From: an uncultured Gemmatimonadales bacterium | GTDB taxonomy: Bacteria > Gemmatimonadota > Gemmatimonadetes > Longimicrobiales > RSA9 | NCBI GenBank assembly: GCA_963708135.1 | Contig: OY970192.1 | Location: forward strand, 3,040,001-3,104,000 | Direction of reading: 5' to 3' | Length of the DNA: 64,000 bases | Part shown: positions 30,798 to 41,077 of the stretch, piece after piece | How the letters are laid out: every line of letters starts with the position of its first letter | Numbering within the stretch: the first letter of the stretch is position 1 | Notes under the pieces: generated by a model | What the model saw: the letters and a program-made list of their open reading frames with translations, nothing else | Databases searched by the model: none | Told to the model about the DNA's origin: nothing | Position numbers and translations under genes: made by a program

Positions 30798-31154
30798 GTT
30801 ATCTGGAATGCGCTGGAGCGCCAAACAGCTGATGTGGTCCCCGCCCCGCCCGGTTCCAGCGGCTTTGCGCTCGCGGTGCGATGGACGTTACGGGCCGGGA
30901 TGCGTCCGAGGGGGCAGGAGCTGGTGAGGCGCCGTGCGTCAGCCCCGCCGGTGCGGTTCGGCGGCGGGGCACCTGCAGGTCGCCGGCGGCGAGTTGCGGC
31001 CATTACAGAGTGCACGGCTGTGGCAGGACGGGAGAGGCGCACTCCAGATAACGGAGCGGTGACCGCTGCGCGCTTGGCGGCTGCGCGGGTGAAGTGAAGT
31101 CAAGCGAAACGAGGGGGCGGGACACGGCGCTGCGCGCCGCGTCGGTAACGAAAC
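30798..31154 (+). repeat. ORF-less cassette type C, divergent copy
   Basis: 357 bp with many small deletions relative to 30044-30420. Confidence 0.8.
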
Positions 31155-31531
31155 GTTATCTGGAATGCGCTGGAGCGCTGAACAGCAATGATGTGCTCCG
31201 CCGCCCCGCCCCGGTTCCAGCGGCTTTGCGTTCGCGGTGCGATCGACGTCCCCGGCCGGGACGGGTCGGACCGACAGGAGCTGGTGAGTCGCCGTGCTTG
31301 CGCCGGCTGCGGTTCGGCAGCGAGAGAGATTAGGGGCGTCGCCGTTGAACTTTCGACCGTTCCAGGGTTGCACGGCTTCGGCCGGACAGGAGAGGCGCAC
31401 TCCAGATAACAGAGCGGTGACCGCTGCGCCGCCTGGGCGGCTTGCCCGCCGGGGGAGCGGTGGCGGCGTTTAGCAACACAACATGGGCCGGCGGGACACG
31501 GCGCTGCGCGCCGCGTCGGTAACCGCGAAAA
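31155..31531 (+). repeat. ORF-less cassette type A, copy 4
   Basis: Matches type A; downstream GTT core is missing (CGCGAAAAAACCGCCAT). Confidence 0.85.
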
Positions 31532-31595
31532 AACCGCCATGTTCCGCTCGGCCTTTTGTAGCAGATTTGGGGTGATAACGACAAAGGGAGATTCC

Positions 31596-32100
31596 ATGGC
31601 GAGCGTACGATCGAGGAACTGCTGAAGTTGTGTGGGGAGCGAATCCAGCTGGTCGAAGATCTCTGGGATAGCATGCTGGGACGGAGGGATTTCCGCTCTG
31701 AGGCACAGAAGGCCGAGCTGGATCGCCGGTTAGAGGAGCACAGGGCGGATACGGATAGCGGTGCCTGGGAAGAGGTTCGTGAGCGGCTGTACAAGAAGTA
31801 CGGGTGAGTAGCGAGTTCGTTGTCCGCCTCAGGCAGAAGCAGAACTAGATGAGGCTGCGGCTTGGTATTCTGAGCGTTCGAGGGGATTGGGAGCAGAGTT
31901 CGTTCGAATAGTCGATGCCGCGTTCGCGGCGATACAGAGAAATCCGCTACAGTTTACAGTTGTACACAGACAAGTGCGGCGGGCGGTGCTTAGAAGATTT
32001 CGATACGAAGTTCTCTACAAAGAATAAGAAAAGGAGATAGTTGTGCTTAAGGTCTAACACTAGAGGAGTGATAAGAAGAGATGGCAGAGAAGAGGCTGAG
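31596..32100 (+). pseudogene. Addiction-module antitoxin plus ParE-like toxin, frameshifted
   Basis: Fragments ERIQLVEDLWDS, EAQKAELDRRLEEH, WEEVRERL; AELDEAAAWYSERSRGLGAEF...IQRNPLQF...VRRAVLRRF. Confidence 0.7.
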
Positions 32101-32327
32101 GGACTACAGGTGCAGACAGAACAAGGCGGTTAACAAACGGTTGGCGCCTGCGCGGCCTGCGGCCGCTCCGGAGAACGCGCCGCGGCGGTCTAGAAGCTGG
32201 TGAGGGATCGTGTAGTTTCGAAGGTGGTCGCGCGCTGAGGGTTATAGGCGCGGCGGGTCGCCAACCTGGAAACGTTATCTGCCAGCCCTTGGGATGCTTG
32301 AGGCATGTAAGATCCTTGAGGAGAGCC

Positions 32328-32773
32328 ATGAAGACCTACGAGATTCACCGTCGTCATAGAGCGGGACGAAGATGGCCGATTTGTGAGCTATCGTGACTGC
32401 GACTTTGCAGGGCTGCTACACGGAAGGCGATACGGAGCGAGAGGCTACGTGATCTGATTGAGGCGCGATCCGGCTTCACCTTGAGGATCGACTCGAGCGA
32501 GGATGAGCAATCCACCAGGAGGTGGGCAGCACGAGGGTACGGATCGCGGTATGACGCGCCTGCCTTCCATGACCGCGCAGAAGATGGTGCGAGCTCTTGG
32601 AGCGGCATGGCTTTGAGCGAGTTCGGCAATCAGGATCCACACCTCATCCTCCGCCACACGGTACGGACGCCGCGTCACCGTCCCCGTGCATAAGTCCAAG
32701 GACCTCGGTCGCGAGTCTTCTAGAGCCGGATCAAGAAAGGTACGCGTACCTCTCGATAGAAGACCTCTAATAG
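32328..32773 (+). pseudogene. Indel-ridden copy of the hicB-hicA cassette at 40798
   Basis: Colinear with 40856-41292 but with many 1-2 nt indels. Confidence 0.8.
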
Positions 32774-33014
32774 GTCGAACGGGCCGGCGTTTAACTAACG
32801 TTTGGCGCCTGCGCGGCCTGCGGCCGCTCCGGAGAACCCGCCGCGGCCGCCGGGAAGCTGGTGCGTTTCGTAGAGGTTTCGAAGGTGATCGCGCGCTGGA
32901 GGTTGTTGCGCGGCGGGTCGCTAACCTAGAAACGTTATGCGATCATTGCCTCGGGTTGGTGGTGCAGACGCCCTCGCCGGTTGTGATCATGTCAGGTATG
33001 ACATAGATTGAACC

Positions 33015-33365
33015 GTGAGATCGAGCGAGAAGCCGCTGGTCTGGATGCATGGGGAGGTCAAGACGCCTCCCTTCAGCGTAGGCGCGCGAATCGAGGCCGG
33101 GGTCCTGTTGCGGCGACTACAGAACGGCGAAACGCTTGGGCTGCCGCACTCTCGACCGATGCCGGTGATCGGCTCCCAATGTCACGAACTACGGATTCGA
33201 GACGAGGATCACACGTGGCGGATCATTTACCGGATCGATCCCGATGCGATCGTGATCGCGGAGGTGTTCAGCAAGAAGACTCAGCAGACGCCCAGGGCCA
33301 CGATCGAGGTGTGCAAGAGGCGGCTGAAGGCGTACGATCGGATAGACGAGGAGCAGGATGGATAA
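33015..33365 (+). CDS. RelE/ParE-superfamily (Gp49-like) toxin
   Basis: KPLVWMHGEVKTPPFS...LPHSRPMPVIGSQCHELRI...WRIIYR...FSKKTQQTP. Confidence 0.85.
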   Translation: MRSSEKPLVWMHGEVKTPPFSVGARIEAGVLLRRLQNGETLGLPHSRPMPVIGSQCHELRIRDEDHTWRIIYRIDPDAIVIAEVFSKKTQQTPRATIEVCKRRLKAYDRIDEEQDG

Positions 33366-33804
33366 GGGAAAGAGGAAGAGGCTCGAGGCGGCTGGTTGGA
33401 AGGTTGGCTCTGCCGAGGAGTTCCTGAACCTCGACGACGCTGAGGCGGCGTTCGTCGCGCTCAAACTCCGCCTGAGCGAGGAGCTGCGGGAGCGGCGAAC
33501 GAAGGAGGGATTGTCGCAAGTCGAGCTGGCGAAGCGGATTGGTTCGAGTCAGTCCCGAGTTGCGAAGATGGAGGCGAGTGATCCCACAGTGTCCGTGGAT
33601 CTGCTCCTGAAGGGGTTGTTCGCGACGGGCGCGACCCAGGATGAAATTGGTGGAGCGATCGCGAAGGGTCGCCGAGGCGTGCAGGCACGGCAGGCGCCCG
33701 AGGCAACGCGGCATAACAAGACGGTTACCGCGGCGGCGCACCTGCGGTGCGCCTTGCCCTCCGCTTCGCTCCGGGACGCCTCGCCTTCGGCTCGGTGTCG
33801 GTAA
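33358..33804 (+). CDS. XRE-family HTH antitoxin (3' end runs into the attC; true end uncertain)
   Basis: KRLEAAGWKVGSAEEFL...LSQVELAKRIGSSQSRVAKMEASDPTVSVDLL. Confidence 0.8.
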   Translation: MDKGKRKRLEAAGWKVGSAEEFLNLDDAEAAFVALKLRLSEELRERRTKEGLSQVELAKRIGSSQSRVAKMEASDPTVSVDLLLKGLFATGATQDEIGGAIAKGRRGVQARQAPEATRHNKTVTAAAHLRCALPSASLRDASPSARCR

Positions 33805-33886
33805 CGCTGAAACGTTATCCGGCATGTTCCAGGCAGCGCTTCTGTAGCAGATAGAGTTAGGGAGAACGCCGGACGAAGGAGGTCGC

Positions 33887-34360
33887 GTGTCGAAGGTTCC
33901 GATCAAGGAGCTGCTGGAGCTGTCGGTGGCAGAACGGATCAGCTCATATGACTGTGGGAGAGAGAGGTCGCTGACTCGGAGGGGGTCTCGATCAGTGAGG
34001 CTCAGTTGCAGGAAGCTCGGCGTGTATGGAGGAGCATTGTGCGGATCGGGCTCGCGATCTGGGAGCAGCTTCGGCGGGAGTTGTGAGAGAGATACGGATG
34101 AACGGGAGTTGATGTTGGTTTTGGCGCGTTGGATGTGCTGGAGGCGATAGAGTGGTACTCGGGTAGATAGAGATGGCGCTGAATTGTGCGAGTGCTTGAT
34201 GCTGCGTTGAATAGATTCAGCAGAATTGGCTTAGTTTCAGTGGTGGACGCTTGATTGGAAGCTGGTGCTCGTTCTACAAGATTGTTTACGGCTGACGAAC
34301 GAGAGATTGTGATTCTGTGGTTTTATGTGAGAGAGATAAGGCACTGGAGAGGTGGAAGTG
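33887..34360 (+). pseudogene. Heavily degraded addiction-module antitoxin plus ParE-like toxin
   Basis: MSKVPIKELLELSVAERI start, then fragmentary similarity to the 31596 module. Confidence 0.55.
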
Positions 34361-34519
34361 AGGAGCTCAGGGTGAGGTTGAACACGCGGATAACAAACGG
34401 TTGGCGCTGCGCGGTTGCGGCGCTCGGAGAATGCGCAGCGTCTGGAAGCTGGTGAGGTGATGCAGTTTCGAAGGCATGGCGCGCTGAAGGTATGGCGCGG
34501 CGGATCGCTAACTGGAAAC

Positions 34520-34892
34520 GTTATCGGAATGCGCTGGTGCGCTGGGGAGTGAACCTCTTGTTCCCCTCCCCGCCCGGATCCAGCGGTTTCGCGGGACCGG
34601 TGCGATCGATGATCTTGGCACACCGGGTTCGGAGGCAGCAGCTGGTGAGGCGCTGGGCGCATGTTCCTGTATCCGCGGCGTCGAGAGCTCGGCCGGAGTC
34701 GAAGCGTTTGTCGGCGCTGAGTTCCGGGCCGCGCTCGCCTTCCGCTGGAGGCGGAGGGGCGCACTCCGGATAACAGAGCGGTGGCCGCTGCGCCGCCTTC
34801 AGCGGCTTGCCCGCCGGGTGAAGTGAAGTCGTAGGCTGAGAACACGGGCTGGCGGGACGCGGCGCTGGGGGCCGCGTCGGCAACCGCCAGAC
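34520..34892 (+). repeat. ORF-less cassette type B, copy 2
   Basis: 373 bp, near-identical to 29667-30043. Confidence 0.88.
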
Positions 34893-34944
34893 GTTATAGG
34901 ACATTTTCCACGTTGGTCTCCCATCTGAGCAAGGAAAGTCATCG

Positions 34945-35736
34945 ATGGCTTTGAAACCCTGTCGCGAGTGCTCGCATAAGATCAGCACCGAGGCCAATTC
35001 ATGCCCGAATTGCGGAGCTAAAAATCCGACAGGATCGAGAATCTCCGCGAAACAGGGATGCCTCGGCTGCCTAGGACTAATCGTTCTTATGGTCATTATG
35101 ACGTCTCTAATCAATACGTGCGGGTCCGGTTCCACCCCGTCATCAAGCGTGATGTCGCACTCTAGAGTGAACCCGTCGGTCAATCCCGACAGTGTTTGGG
35201 CCGCCGGTAATGCCTCACAATTAGGCTCACTGTCTCGACGCGATTCAATGAGGTATGACCATATCACACGCACGACTGGCCTCACGCCAGCTGAGCCCAA
35301 ATTCCATGAACGCGTTGTCGCGATGCGAATTGCAGACGCGCGAGACGCGTCGAAGCGTCCTGAATCCAGGGGAGACGCGTTGACCTTCCTATCACTTGCA
35401 GACACTCCATTTACTTCCACACAATCCGCCGCGATCAAGTCTTTGCGCACATTGATATCGGCGTCTATAGATCGTGACACTAGGAAGGCGGGCATCCCGC
35501 TTCGCCGCGCCTATGCGGCGACGTTGAGAAACAAATTTCTCGACGACGCTCTTGATATTAAGGTTTCCGCACTCGGCGACGACGCGACTACGCTGAAACT
35601 TGAATTCGTCCTGTTCAATGACGTGTGGAGTCACAAGCTAGTAACCGGGGAGTTCCAGCAGTTGCTTCGCCAGATGGGATTCAAGCGGCTTCGGATGACG
35701 GACGGGTACGACTGGGGATACTACTGGGATCTATAG
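34945..35736 (+). CDS. Zinc-ribbon domain membrane protein (cassette gene)
   Basis: MALKPCRECSHKISTEANSCPNCG then a TM helix; lower GC than the flanks. Confidence 0.8.
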   Translation: MALKPCRECSHKISTEANSCPNCGAKNPTGSRISAKQGCLGCLGLIVLMVIMTSLINTCGSGSTPSSSVMSHSRVNPSVNPDSVWAAGNASQLGSLSRRDSMRYDHITRTTGLTPAEPKFHERVVAMRIADARDASKRPESRGDALTFLSLADTPFTSTQSAAIKSLRTLISASIDRDTRKAGIPLRRAYAATLRNKFLDDALDIKVSALGDDATTLKLEFVLFNDVWSHKLVTGEFQQLLRQMGFKRLRMTDGYDWGYYWDL

Positions 35737-35919
35737 CCGGCCACGCGAGACATTCGCACGATGGAAAACGTCCTATAACTGGACAATTGCCGCAGAGCCC
35801 GCCGGGATTGAGACCACGCGGCATTTAATAGGTAGGCCGGACGGGACATGACTCCGCTCAGGCGCGAGATCGCGTTGCTCACTCGCTTCCTCGCTGCGTC
35901 ACGTCGGCAATCGCTTAAC

Positions 35920-36297
35920 GTTATCTGGAATGCGCTGGAGCGCTGAACAGCAATGATGTGCTCCGCCGCCCCGCCCCGGTTCCAGCGGCTTTGCGCTCGA
36001 GGTGCGATGGACGTTGACGGGCCGGGATGCGTCAGAGGAGGCAGGAGCTGGTGAGGCGCCGTGCGTCGGCCCCGCCGGTGCGGTTCGGCAGCGGGGCACG
36101 TGCAGGTCGCCGGCGGCGAGTTGCGACCGTTCCAGAGTGCACGGCTGTGGCAGGACGCGAGAGGCGCACTCCAGATAACGGAGCGGTGACCGCTTCGCCG
36201 CCTTCGGCGGCTCGCCCGCCGGGTGAAGTGAAGTCCAAGCCCGAAAAGATGGGCCGGCGGGACACGGCGCTGCGCGCCACGTCGGTAACCGAGAGAC
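35920..36297 (+). repeat. ORF-less cassette type C, copy 3
   Basis: 378 bp. Confidence 0.9.
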
Positions 36298-36336
36298 GTT
36301 ACGCGCCATACTGCGGGTGAAAAGTGGGGTCTTACA

Positions 36337-37038
36337 TTGAGCAACTGGTATCACCTGTACTGCGATGAGACGGGTATCGGGTCTGGACCGTCGTTCGATC
36401 TTGGTGCGCTCCAGATGTCGCCAGCACGAGCCCGGATCCTTGCGGAAGGGCTATTGCGGGTCCGTCACGAATACGGGCTCCGAGCCGAGATGAAGTGGAC
36501 GAAGGTATCTCTTGGGATGCTGGATGCGTACAAGGCCTTCGTGGATGTATTCCTGAACTGCCAGTACACGAGGCTCTATCACCTCAAAGTCCGCAAGCGC
36601 CACGATTGGACGGCGTTTGGCCGATCTGAGAATGCACGCTTCTTCAAGGCCTACTACGTTTTCCTGAGAATGCACATGCGGTCGCATTCGCGATATGTGG
36701 TGCAGGTGGATGACAAGCCAGGCAAGCGATATCGCTGGAGCCAGGTCTACTACGCCATCAACGCCGCGGCCGCTCGTGATTACGGAGTGACGCGGAAGCA
36801 GATTGCGGACTTCCGGCCGATGGATTCCAAGAGATCGGACCTGCTGCAGCTCGTGGATGTTGTGCTGGGTGCTATGACGTCGGTTGCTTCGGCCCCAGCG
36901 AAGCTGAATCTTCTCACCTATGTGCGGGATCGTGTTGCCTCAAGGGAGGCGGAGGTGAAGAGCGGCGAGTGGTCACCTACAGTGGTCGCCAAGTCCTCCT
37001 CGGCACTGGGAAGTCGTACGGCGCGTAACAAACGGTGA
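36337..37038 (+). CDS. DUF3800-like protein (cassette gene)
   Basis: YHLYCDETG, EMKWTKVS, DSKRSDLLQLVDVVLGA; stop lies inside the attC. Confidence 0.78.
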   Translation: MSNWYHLYCDETGIGSGPSFDLGALQMSPARARILAEGLLRVRHEYGLRAEMKWTKVSLGMLDAYKAFVDVFLNCQYTRLYHLKVRKRHDWTAFGRSENARFFKAYYVFLRMHMRSHSRYVVQVDDKPGKRYRWSQVYYAINAAAARDYGVTRKQIADFRPMDSKRSDLLQLVDVVLGAMTSVASAPAKLNLLTYVRDRVASREAEVKSGEWSPTVVAKSSSALGSRTARNKR

Positions 37039-37149
37039 GCGCCTGCGCAGCTCCGCTGCTTCGGCCCTGCGGGACACCCGCCTCCGGCGGGCGTCGCTCA
37101 CCTAAGAACGTTATCTGACATGAGCCGCACGACGTGATTAGATTGGCGG

Positions 37150-37428
37150 ATGAGCCCGAGCGAGCGATTCGAGCGACCCGAGTGGTGGGAGTGGGAGCTC
37201 GCGTTCACGGCTCACGTCGAAGCACGCATGGAGGAGCGTGGATTCTCCGAGGTCGATCTGCGCGAGATGCTCGAGGATGCATTGGATCTGGAGCAGAGCC
37301 GGAATCCGAGGCGGTGGCTGGTCCGCACCCGCTCGGGCGGCGCGCCGTGGATCGTCGTGGTTGAGCCCGATCCTGATGAACAGGTGCTTCTGATCGTCAC
37401 CGCTTACCTTCGAGACGCCCGCCGATGA
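37150..37428 (+). CDS. DUF4258-like putative toxin
   Basis: FTAHVEARMEERGFS...LLIVTAY. Confidence 0.75.
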   Translation: MSPSERFERPEWWEWELAFTAHVEARMEERGFSEVDLREMLEDALDLEQSRNPRRWLVRTRSGGAPWIVVVEPDPDEQVLLIVTAYLRDARR

Positions 37429-37694
37429 AAACTCTCACCGTCCAAGTGACCTACCGCAAAGGCGAGCCCTTTGCCGCCTACATTTACCTGGCTGCGAAGC
37501 CGGGCCAGAAGAGTGCACGGACCGAAGACGTCAGTCCCGACCTCGTCATCGACTACGCGGCCGATGGCACCCCGCTCGGGATTGAAATCGTTTCGCCGGG
37601 ATTCGTCACCCTCGACGAAATCCACGCCGTCTTCGACCGACTCGGCCTGGGACGCCCGGAACCATCGGAATTGGCGCCGCTCAGGGCGGCCTGA
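37425..37694 (+). CDS. DUF2283-like putative antitoxin
   Basis: AAYIYL...SARTEDVSPDLVIDYAADGTPLGIEI; ATGA overlap. Confidence 0.78.
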   Translation: MKTLTVQVTYRKGEPFAAYIYLAAKPGQKSARTEDVSPDLVIDYAADGTPLGIEIVSPGFVTLDEIHAVFDRLGLGRPEPSELAPLRAA

Positions 37695-37846
37695 CTTCCC
37701 CAGCGGGTGGGCCAGCCCCGGCAGCGGCTCACATCAGATAACAAACGGTGAGCGCCTGCGCGGCTTCGCCGCTCCGGCCCTTCGGGACACCGAATCCTCA
37801 GCGCCGCGCTGCGGCGCCTCCGGTTCGGCGTCGCTCACCTACAAGC

Positions 37847-38224
37847 GTTATCTGGAATGCGCTGGAGCGCTGAACAGCAATGATGTGCTCCGCCGCCCCG
37901 CCCCGGTTCCAGCGGCTTTGCGCTCGCGGTGCGATGGACGTTGACGGGCCGGGATGCGTCAGAGGAGGCAGGAGCTGGTGAGGCGCCGTGCGTCGGCCCC
38001 GCCGGTGCGGTTCGGCAGCGGGGCACGTGCAGGTCGCCGGCGGCGAGTTGCGACCGTTCCAGAGTGCACGGCTGTGGCAGGACGCGAGAGGCGCACTCCA
38101 GATAACGGAGCGGTGACCGCTTCGCCGCCTTCGGCGGCTCGCCCGCCGGGTGAAGTGAAGTCCAAGCCCGAAAAGATGGGCCGGCGGGACACGGCGCTGC
38201 GCGCCACGTCGGTAACCGAGAGAC
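37847..38224 (+). repeat. ORF-less cassette type C, copy 4
   Basis: 378 bp, near-identical to 35920-36297. Confidence 0.9.
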
Positions 38225-38283
38225 GTTATGTGAAATCGCCCGGAGGCCGCTGAACCCGCTGCGGTTGAGAGACCCCACCTGAC

Positions 38284-38316
38284 TTGTCGTAGCATGGGTG
38301 CCGTGCTATCATGCTA
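38284..38316 (+). promoter_or_regulatory. higBA promoter with operator inverted repeat
   Basis: TTGTCG-N17-TATCAT; TAGCATG...CATGCTA inverted repeat. Confidence 0.7.
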
Positions 38317-38317
38317 G

Positions 38318-38611
38318 ATGATTCGATCATTCCGGGATGCGGCGACCGAGGATCTGTTCTACGGTCGTTCGACGAAGGCAGCTCGGAAAGCGCTTCCACT
38401 GTCGCTGTGGCAGAAGGCGTCGGTGAAGCTCGATGCGGTCGACTCGGCCGGGATGTTGGACGACCTACGAGTTCCGCCAGGGAATCGATTGGAAGCCTTG
38501 AAGGGAGATCGTCGCGGTCAGCACAGCATCCGAATCAACAGCCAGTACCGGATCTGTTTTCGATGGACGGACGCAGGACCGGAAGACGTAGAAGTCGTCG
38601 ACTACCATTGA
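38318..38611 (+). CDS. higB: HigB toxin
   Basis: MIRSFRD...DLRVPPGNRLEALKGDRRGQHSIRINSQYRICFRW...VEVVDYH. Confidence 0.93.
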   Translation: MIRSFRDAATEDLFYGRSTKAARKALPLSLWQKASVKLDAVDSAGMLDDLRVPPGNRLEALKGDRRGQHSIRINSQYRICFRWTDAGPEDVEVVDYH

Positions 38612-38619
38612 GGCATACT

Positions 38620-38946
38620 ATGGTCCGAGTACCGACCCATCGCCGACCGACGCACCCGGGGGAGATGCTCCTCGAGGAGTTTCTCGGCCCGATGGAGCTG
38701 ACGCAGCGGGAGCTTGCCGACGCGATCGCAGTCCCGTATCAGCGGGTCAACGAGATCGTGAACGGACGACGGGGAGTGACCCCGAGCACTGCACTGCGGC
38801 TATCGACCTACTTCGGCACGTCGACGGACTTCTGGATGAACCTTCAGCTGCGATGGGATCTGTACCACGCTCGAGAGGCCGAGGCCGACATCTTGAAGAA
38901 GATTCCTCGATACAAGTCTTCGAATCGCGACAGAGTAGGCGGATAG
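38620..38946 (+). CDS. higA: HigA antitoxin
   Basis: PTHPGEMLLEEFL...RVNEIVNGRRGVTPSTALRLS...FWMNLQ. Confidence 0.93.
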   Translation: MVRVPTHRRPTHPGEMLLEEFLGPMELTQRELADAIAVPYQRVNEIVNGRRGVTPSTALRLSTYFGTSTDFWMNLQLRWDLYHAREAEADILKKIPRYKSSNRDRVGG

Positions 38947-39152
38947 CACGATTGAAGCCGGGCAGAGGGGCGACTTCACATAACACACGGTGAGCGGCTA
39001 AGCGGCGTTCGCCGCTACGCCCCTACGGGACACCCCCCATGCGGCGGGCGTCGCTCACCTGGAAACGTTAGAAGACATGCCGGGTTGACGGGCGGTGGTA
39101 CTGAGTACTATAGTACGGAGGACGTTGAAGCCGGGAGGCTCGTATCGAATTC

Positions 39153-39473
39153 GTGGCAACCCGCAGCTTCGAGAGCTCCGCGAAGAAGCTCCTGTCCGAA
39201 GAGGACCGGAGGCAGCTTGAGTTGCTCCTGCTGGGAGATCCACGACATGGCAAGGTGATTGAGCGCACTGGCGGTTTCCGGAAGGTGCGCTTCGCTCGAC
39301 CCAGCCGGCGTGAAGGGAAGAGCGGCGGTACTCGGGTGATCTACTATCTCCTCGATCGACGTGACCGGATCTACCTGCTCCTCGTGTACGCGAAGGGGGT
39401 GAAGGACACCCTCACCCGCACCGAGGAGAACGAACTTCGGAAGCTGGCAAAGGCATTGGAGGAAGAACGGTGA
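39153..39473 (+). CDS. RelE/HigB-family toxin, duplicate of 28819
   Basis: Identical translation. Confidence 0.88.
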   Translation: MATRSFESSAKKLLSEEDRRQLELLLLGDPRHGKVIERTGGFRKVRFARPSRREGKSGGTRVIYYLLDRRDRIYLLLVYAKGVKDTLTRTEENELRKLAKALEEER

Positions 39474-39850
39474 CCAAGGCACGGAGGAAGGGTACGTTCG
39501 GGCAGGTGCTCATCGAGTCCGCAAGAGAGGCGGTGCAGATCGAGCGCGGTGAGGCACCCCCGGCTCGTGTCACCAAGCACACGGCTGCGGAAACGAGGGT
39601 GGCACCTCCGCCTCAATACGTGCCGGAACGTATCAAGGGAATCCGGGATGTCATGGCATTGTCCCAGCCTGTCTTCGCTGCGGCCTTGAATGTGAGTCCA
39701 GAGACAGTCCGCGCTTGGGAACAGGGGAAGAGGGAACCCGACGGCCCTACGCTTCGACTCCTCGAGGTAGCGGAGCAGCACCCCGAGGTGCTCCTTACAA
39801 AAGTGCGGGCCCGAAGGTCGAGGAAACGGCCCAGCGCCGAGATCCGGTAA
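39470..39850 (+). CDS. HTH antitoxin, duplicate of 29136
   Basis: One residue differs (LLKV vs LLEV). Confidence 0.88.
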   Translation: MTKARRKGTFGQVLIESAREAVQIERGEAPPARVTKHTAAETRVAPPPQYVPERIKGIRDVMALSQPVFAAALNVSPETVRAWEQGKREPDGPTLRLLEVAEQHPEVLLTKVRARRSRKRPSAEIR

Positions 39851-40038
39851 CGTGCCTTGGAATGACGCGGTCAGCGTCATGGCCGGCACGTCTTCTAACA
39901 CACGGTGAGCGCCTGCGCGGCTTCGCTCCGGCCCTTCGGGACACCGAATCCTCAGCGCCGCGTTGCGGCGCCACCGGTTCGGCGTCGCTCACCTGGAAAC
40001 GTTATGTGAAATGGCGCTGGCGTTGGTAGATTGAGAGC

Positions 40039-40326
40039 ATGAGCAACGAACTGAGGCAGCTCCAGGAGCGGATCACCCCCAAGCTGCGTGAGCACGGCGT
40101 CGTCAAAGCCGCCGTGTTCGGCTCCCGCGCTCGCGGGGATGCCGGACCCGAGAGCGATCTCGATCTCCTGGTCGAGTTCGAGAAAGGTCGAACGCTCCTG
40201 GACCTCATCGGCCTTGAGCAGGATCTCACGGAGCTGCTCGGGACCGAGACGGAGGTGGTCACCTACCGATCGCTGCATCCGCTCCTGCGGGAGCGAATCC
40301 TCGCCGACCAGGTGCCGCTCCTGTGA
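40039..40326 (+). CDS. Minimal nucleotidyltransferase (MNT) antitoxin
   Basis: VFGSRARGDAGPESDLDLLVEF. Confidence 0.9.
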   Translation: MSNELRQLQERITPKLREHGVVKAAVFGSRARGDAGPESDLDLLVEFEKGRTLLDLIGLEQDLTELLGTETEVVTYRSLHPLLRERILADQVPLL

Positions 40327-40667
40327 AGGATCCGGACGTCTTACCCTATCTCGCTCATGTCCTCGAGAGCATCGAGGCGATCGAACGGTACACGCGCGGG
40401 ATGGAGGCGGCGGCATTCCTCAACGATTCCCAAGCACAGGATGCCGTCGTTCGGCGCCTCGAGATCATCGGCGAGGCTGTGAAGAACGTCGGCCCGGAGT
40501 TCCGGGCGGCGCATCCAGAGATTCCGTGGAAGCGTATCGCCGGACTTCGAGACGTCCTAATTCACCGCTACTTCGAGGTGGATCTTGAACTGACGTGGGA
40601 GACGGTTCAAGAGCGGCTCCCGACGTTCAAACAACAGGTCCAGGCGCTTCTCCAGCAGTTGGGCTGA
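40323..40667 (+). CDS. HEPN (DUF86) toxin
   Basis: DAVVRRLEIIGEA...IPWKRIAGLRDVLIHRYF (Rx4H). Confidence 0.9.
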   Translation: MKDPDVLPYLAHVLESIEAIERYTRGMEAAAFLNDSQAQDAVVRRLEIIGEAVKNVGPEFRAAHPEIPWKRIAGLRDVLIHRYFEVDLELTWETVQERLPTFKQQVQALLQQLG

Positions 40668-40855
40668 ACCCGGACGGCGCCACTTCACATAACAACCGGT
40701 GAGCGCCTTCGCGGCTTCGCCGCTCCGGCCCTTCGGGACACCGAATCCTCAGCGCCGCGATGCGGCGCCTCCGGTTCGGCGTCGCTCACCTAGAAACGTT
40801 ATCCGCCAGCCCTTGGGATGCTATCTTGTAGGCATCAAGATCCTTGAGGAGCGCC

Positions 40856-41077
40856 ATGAAGACCTACGAGTTCACCGTCGTCATCGAGCGGGACGAAGAT
40901 GGCCGATTTGTGGCTATCGTACCCGCTTTGCAGGGCTGCTACACGGAAGGCGAAACGGAGCGAGAGGCTCGGGATCTCATCGAGGACGCGATCCGGCTTC
41001 ACCTTGAGGATCGACTCGAGCGAGGAGAAGCAATCCACCAGGAGGTGGGCAGCACGAGGGTACGGATCGCGGTATGA
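40856..41077 (+). CDS. hicB: HicB-family antitoxin
   Basis: FTVVIERDEDGRFVAIVPALQGCYTEGET. Confidence 0.88.
   Translation: MKTYEFTVVIERDEDGRFVAIVPALQGCYTEGETEREARDLIEDAIRLHLEDRLERGEAIHQEVGSTRVRIAV

Noticed and set aside
27537..31597. ORFs overlapping the repeated units (e.g. 28014-28298, 27537-28601, 30156-30824)
   Set aside because: They cross cassette boundaries, change frame between copies and have no RBS; typical GC-rich shadow ORFs.
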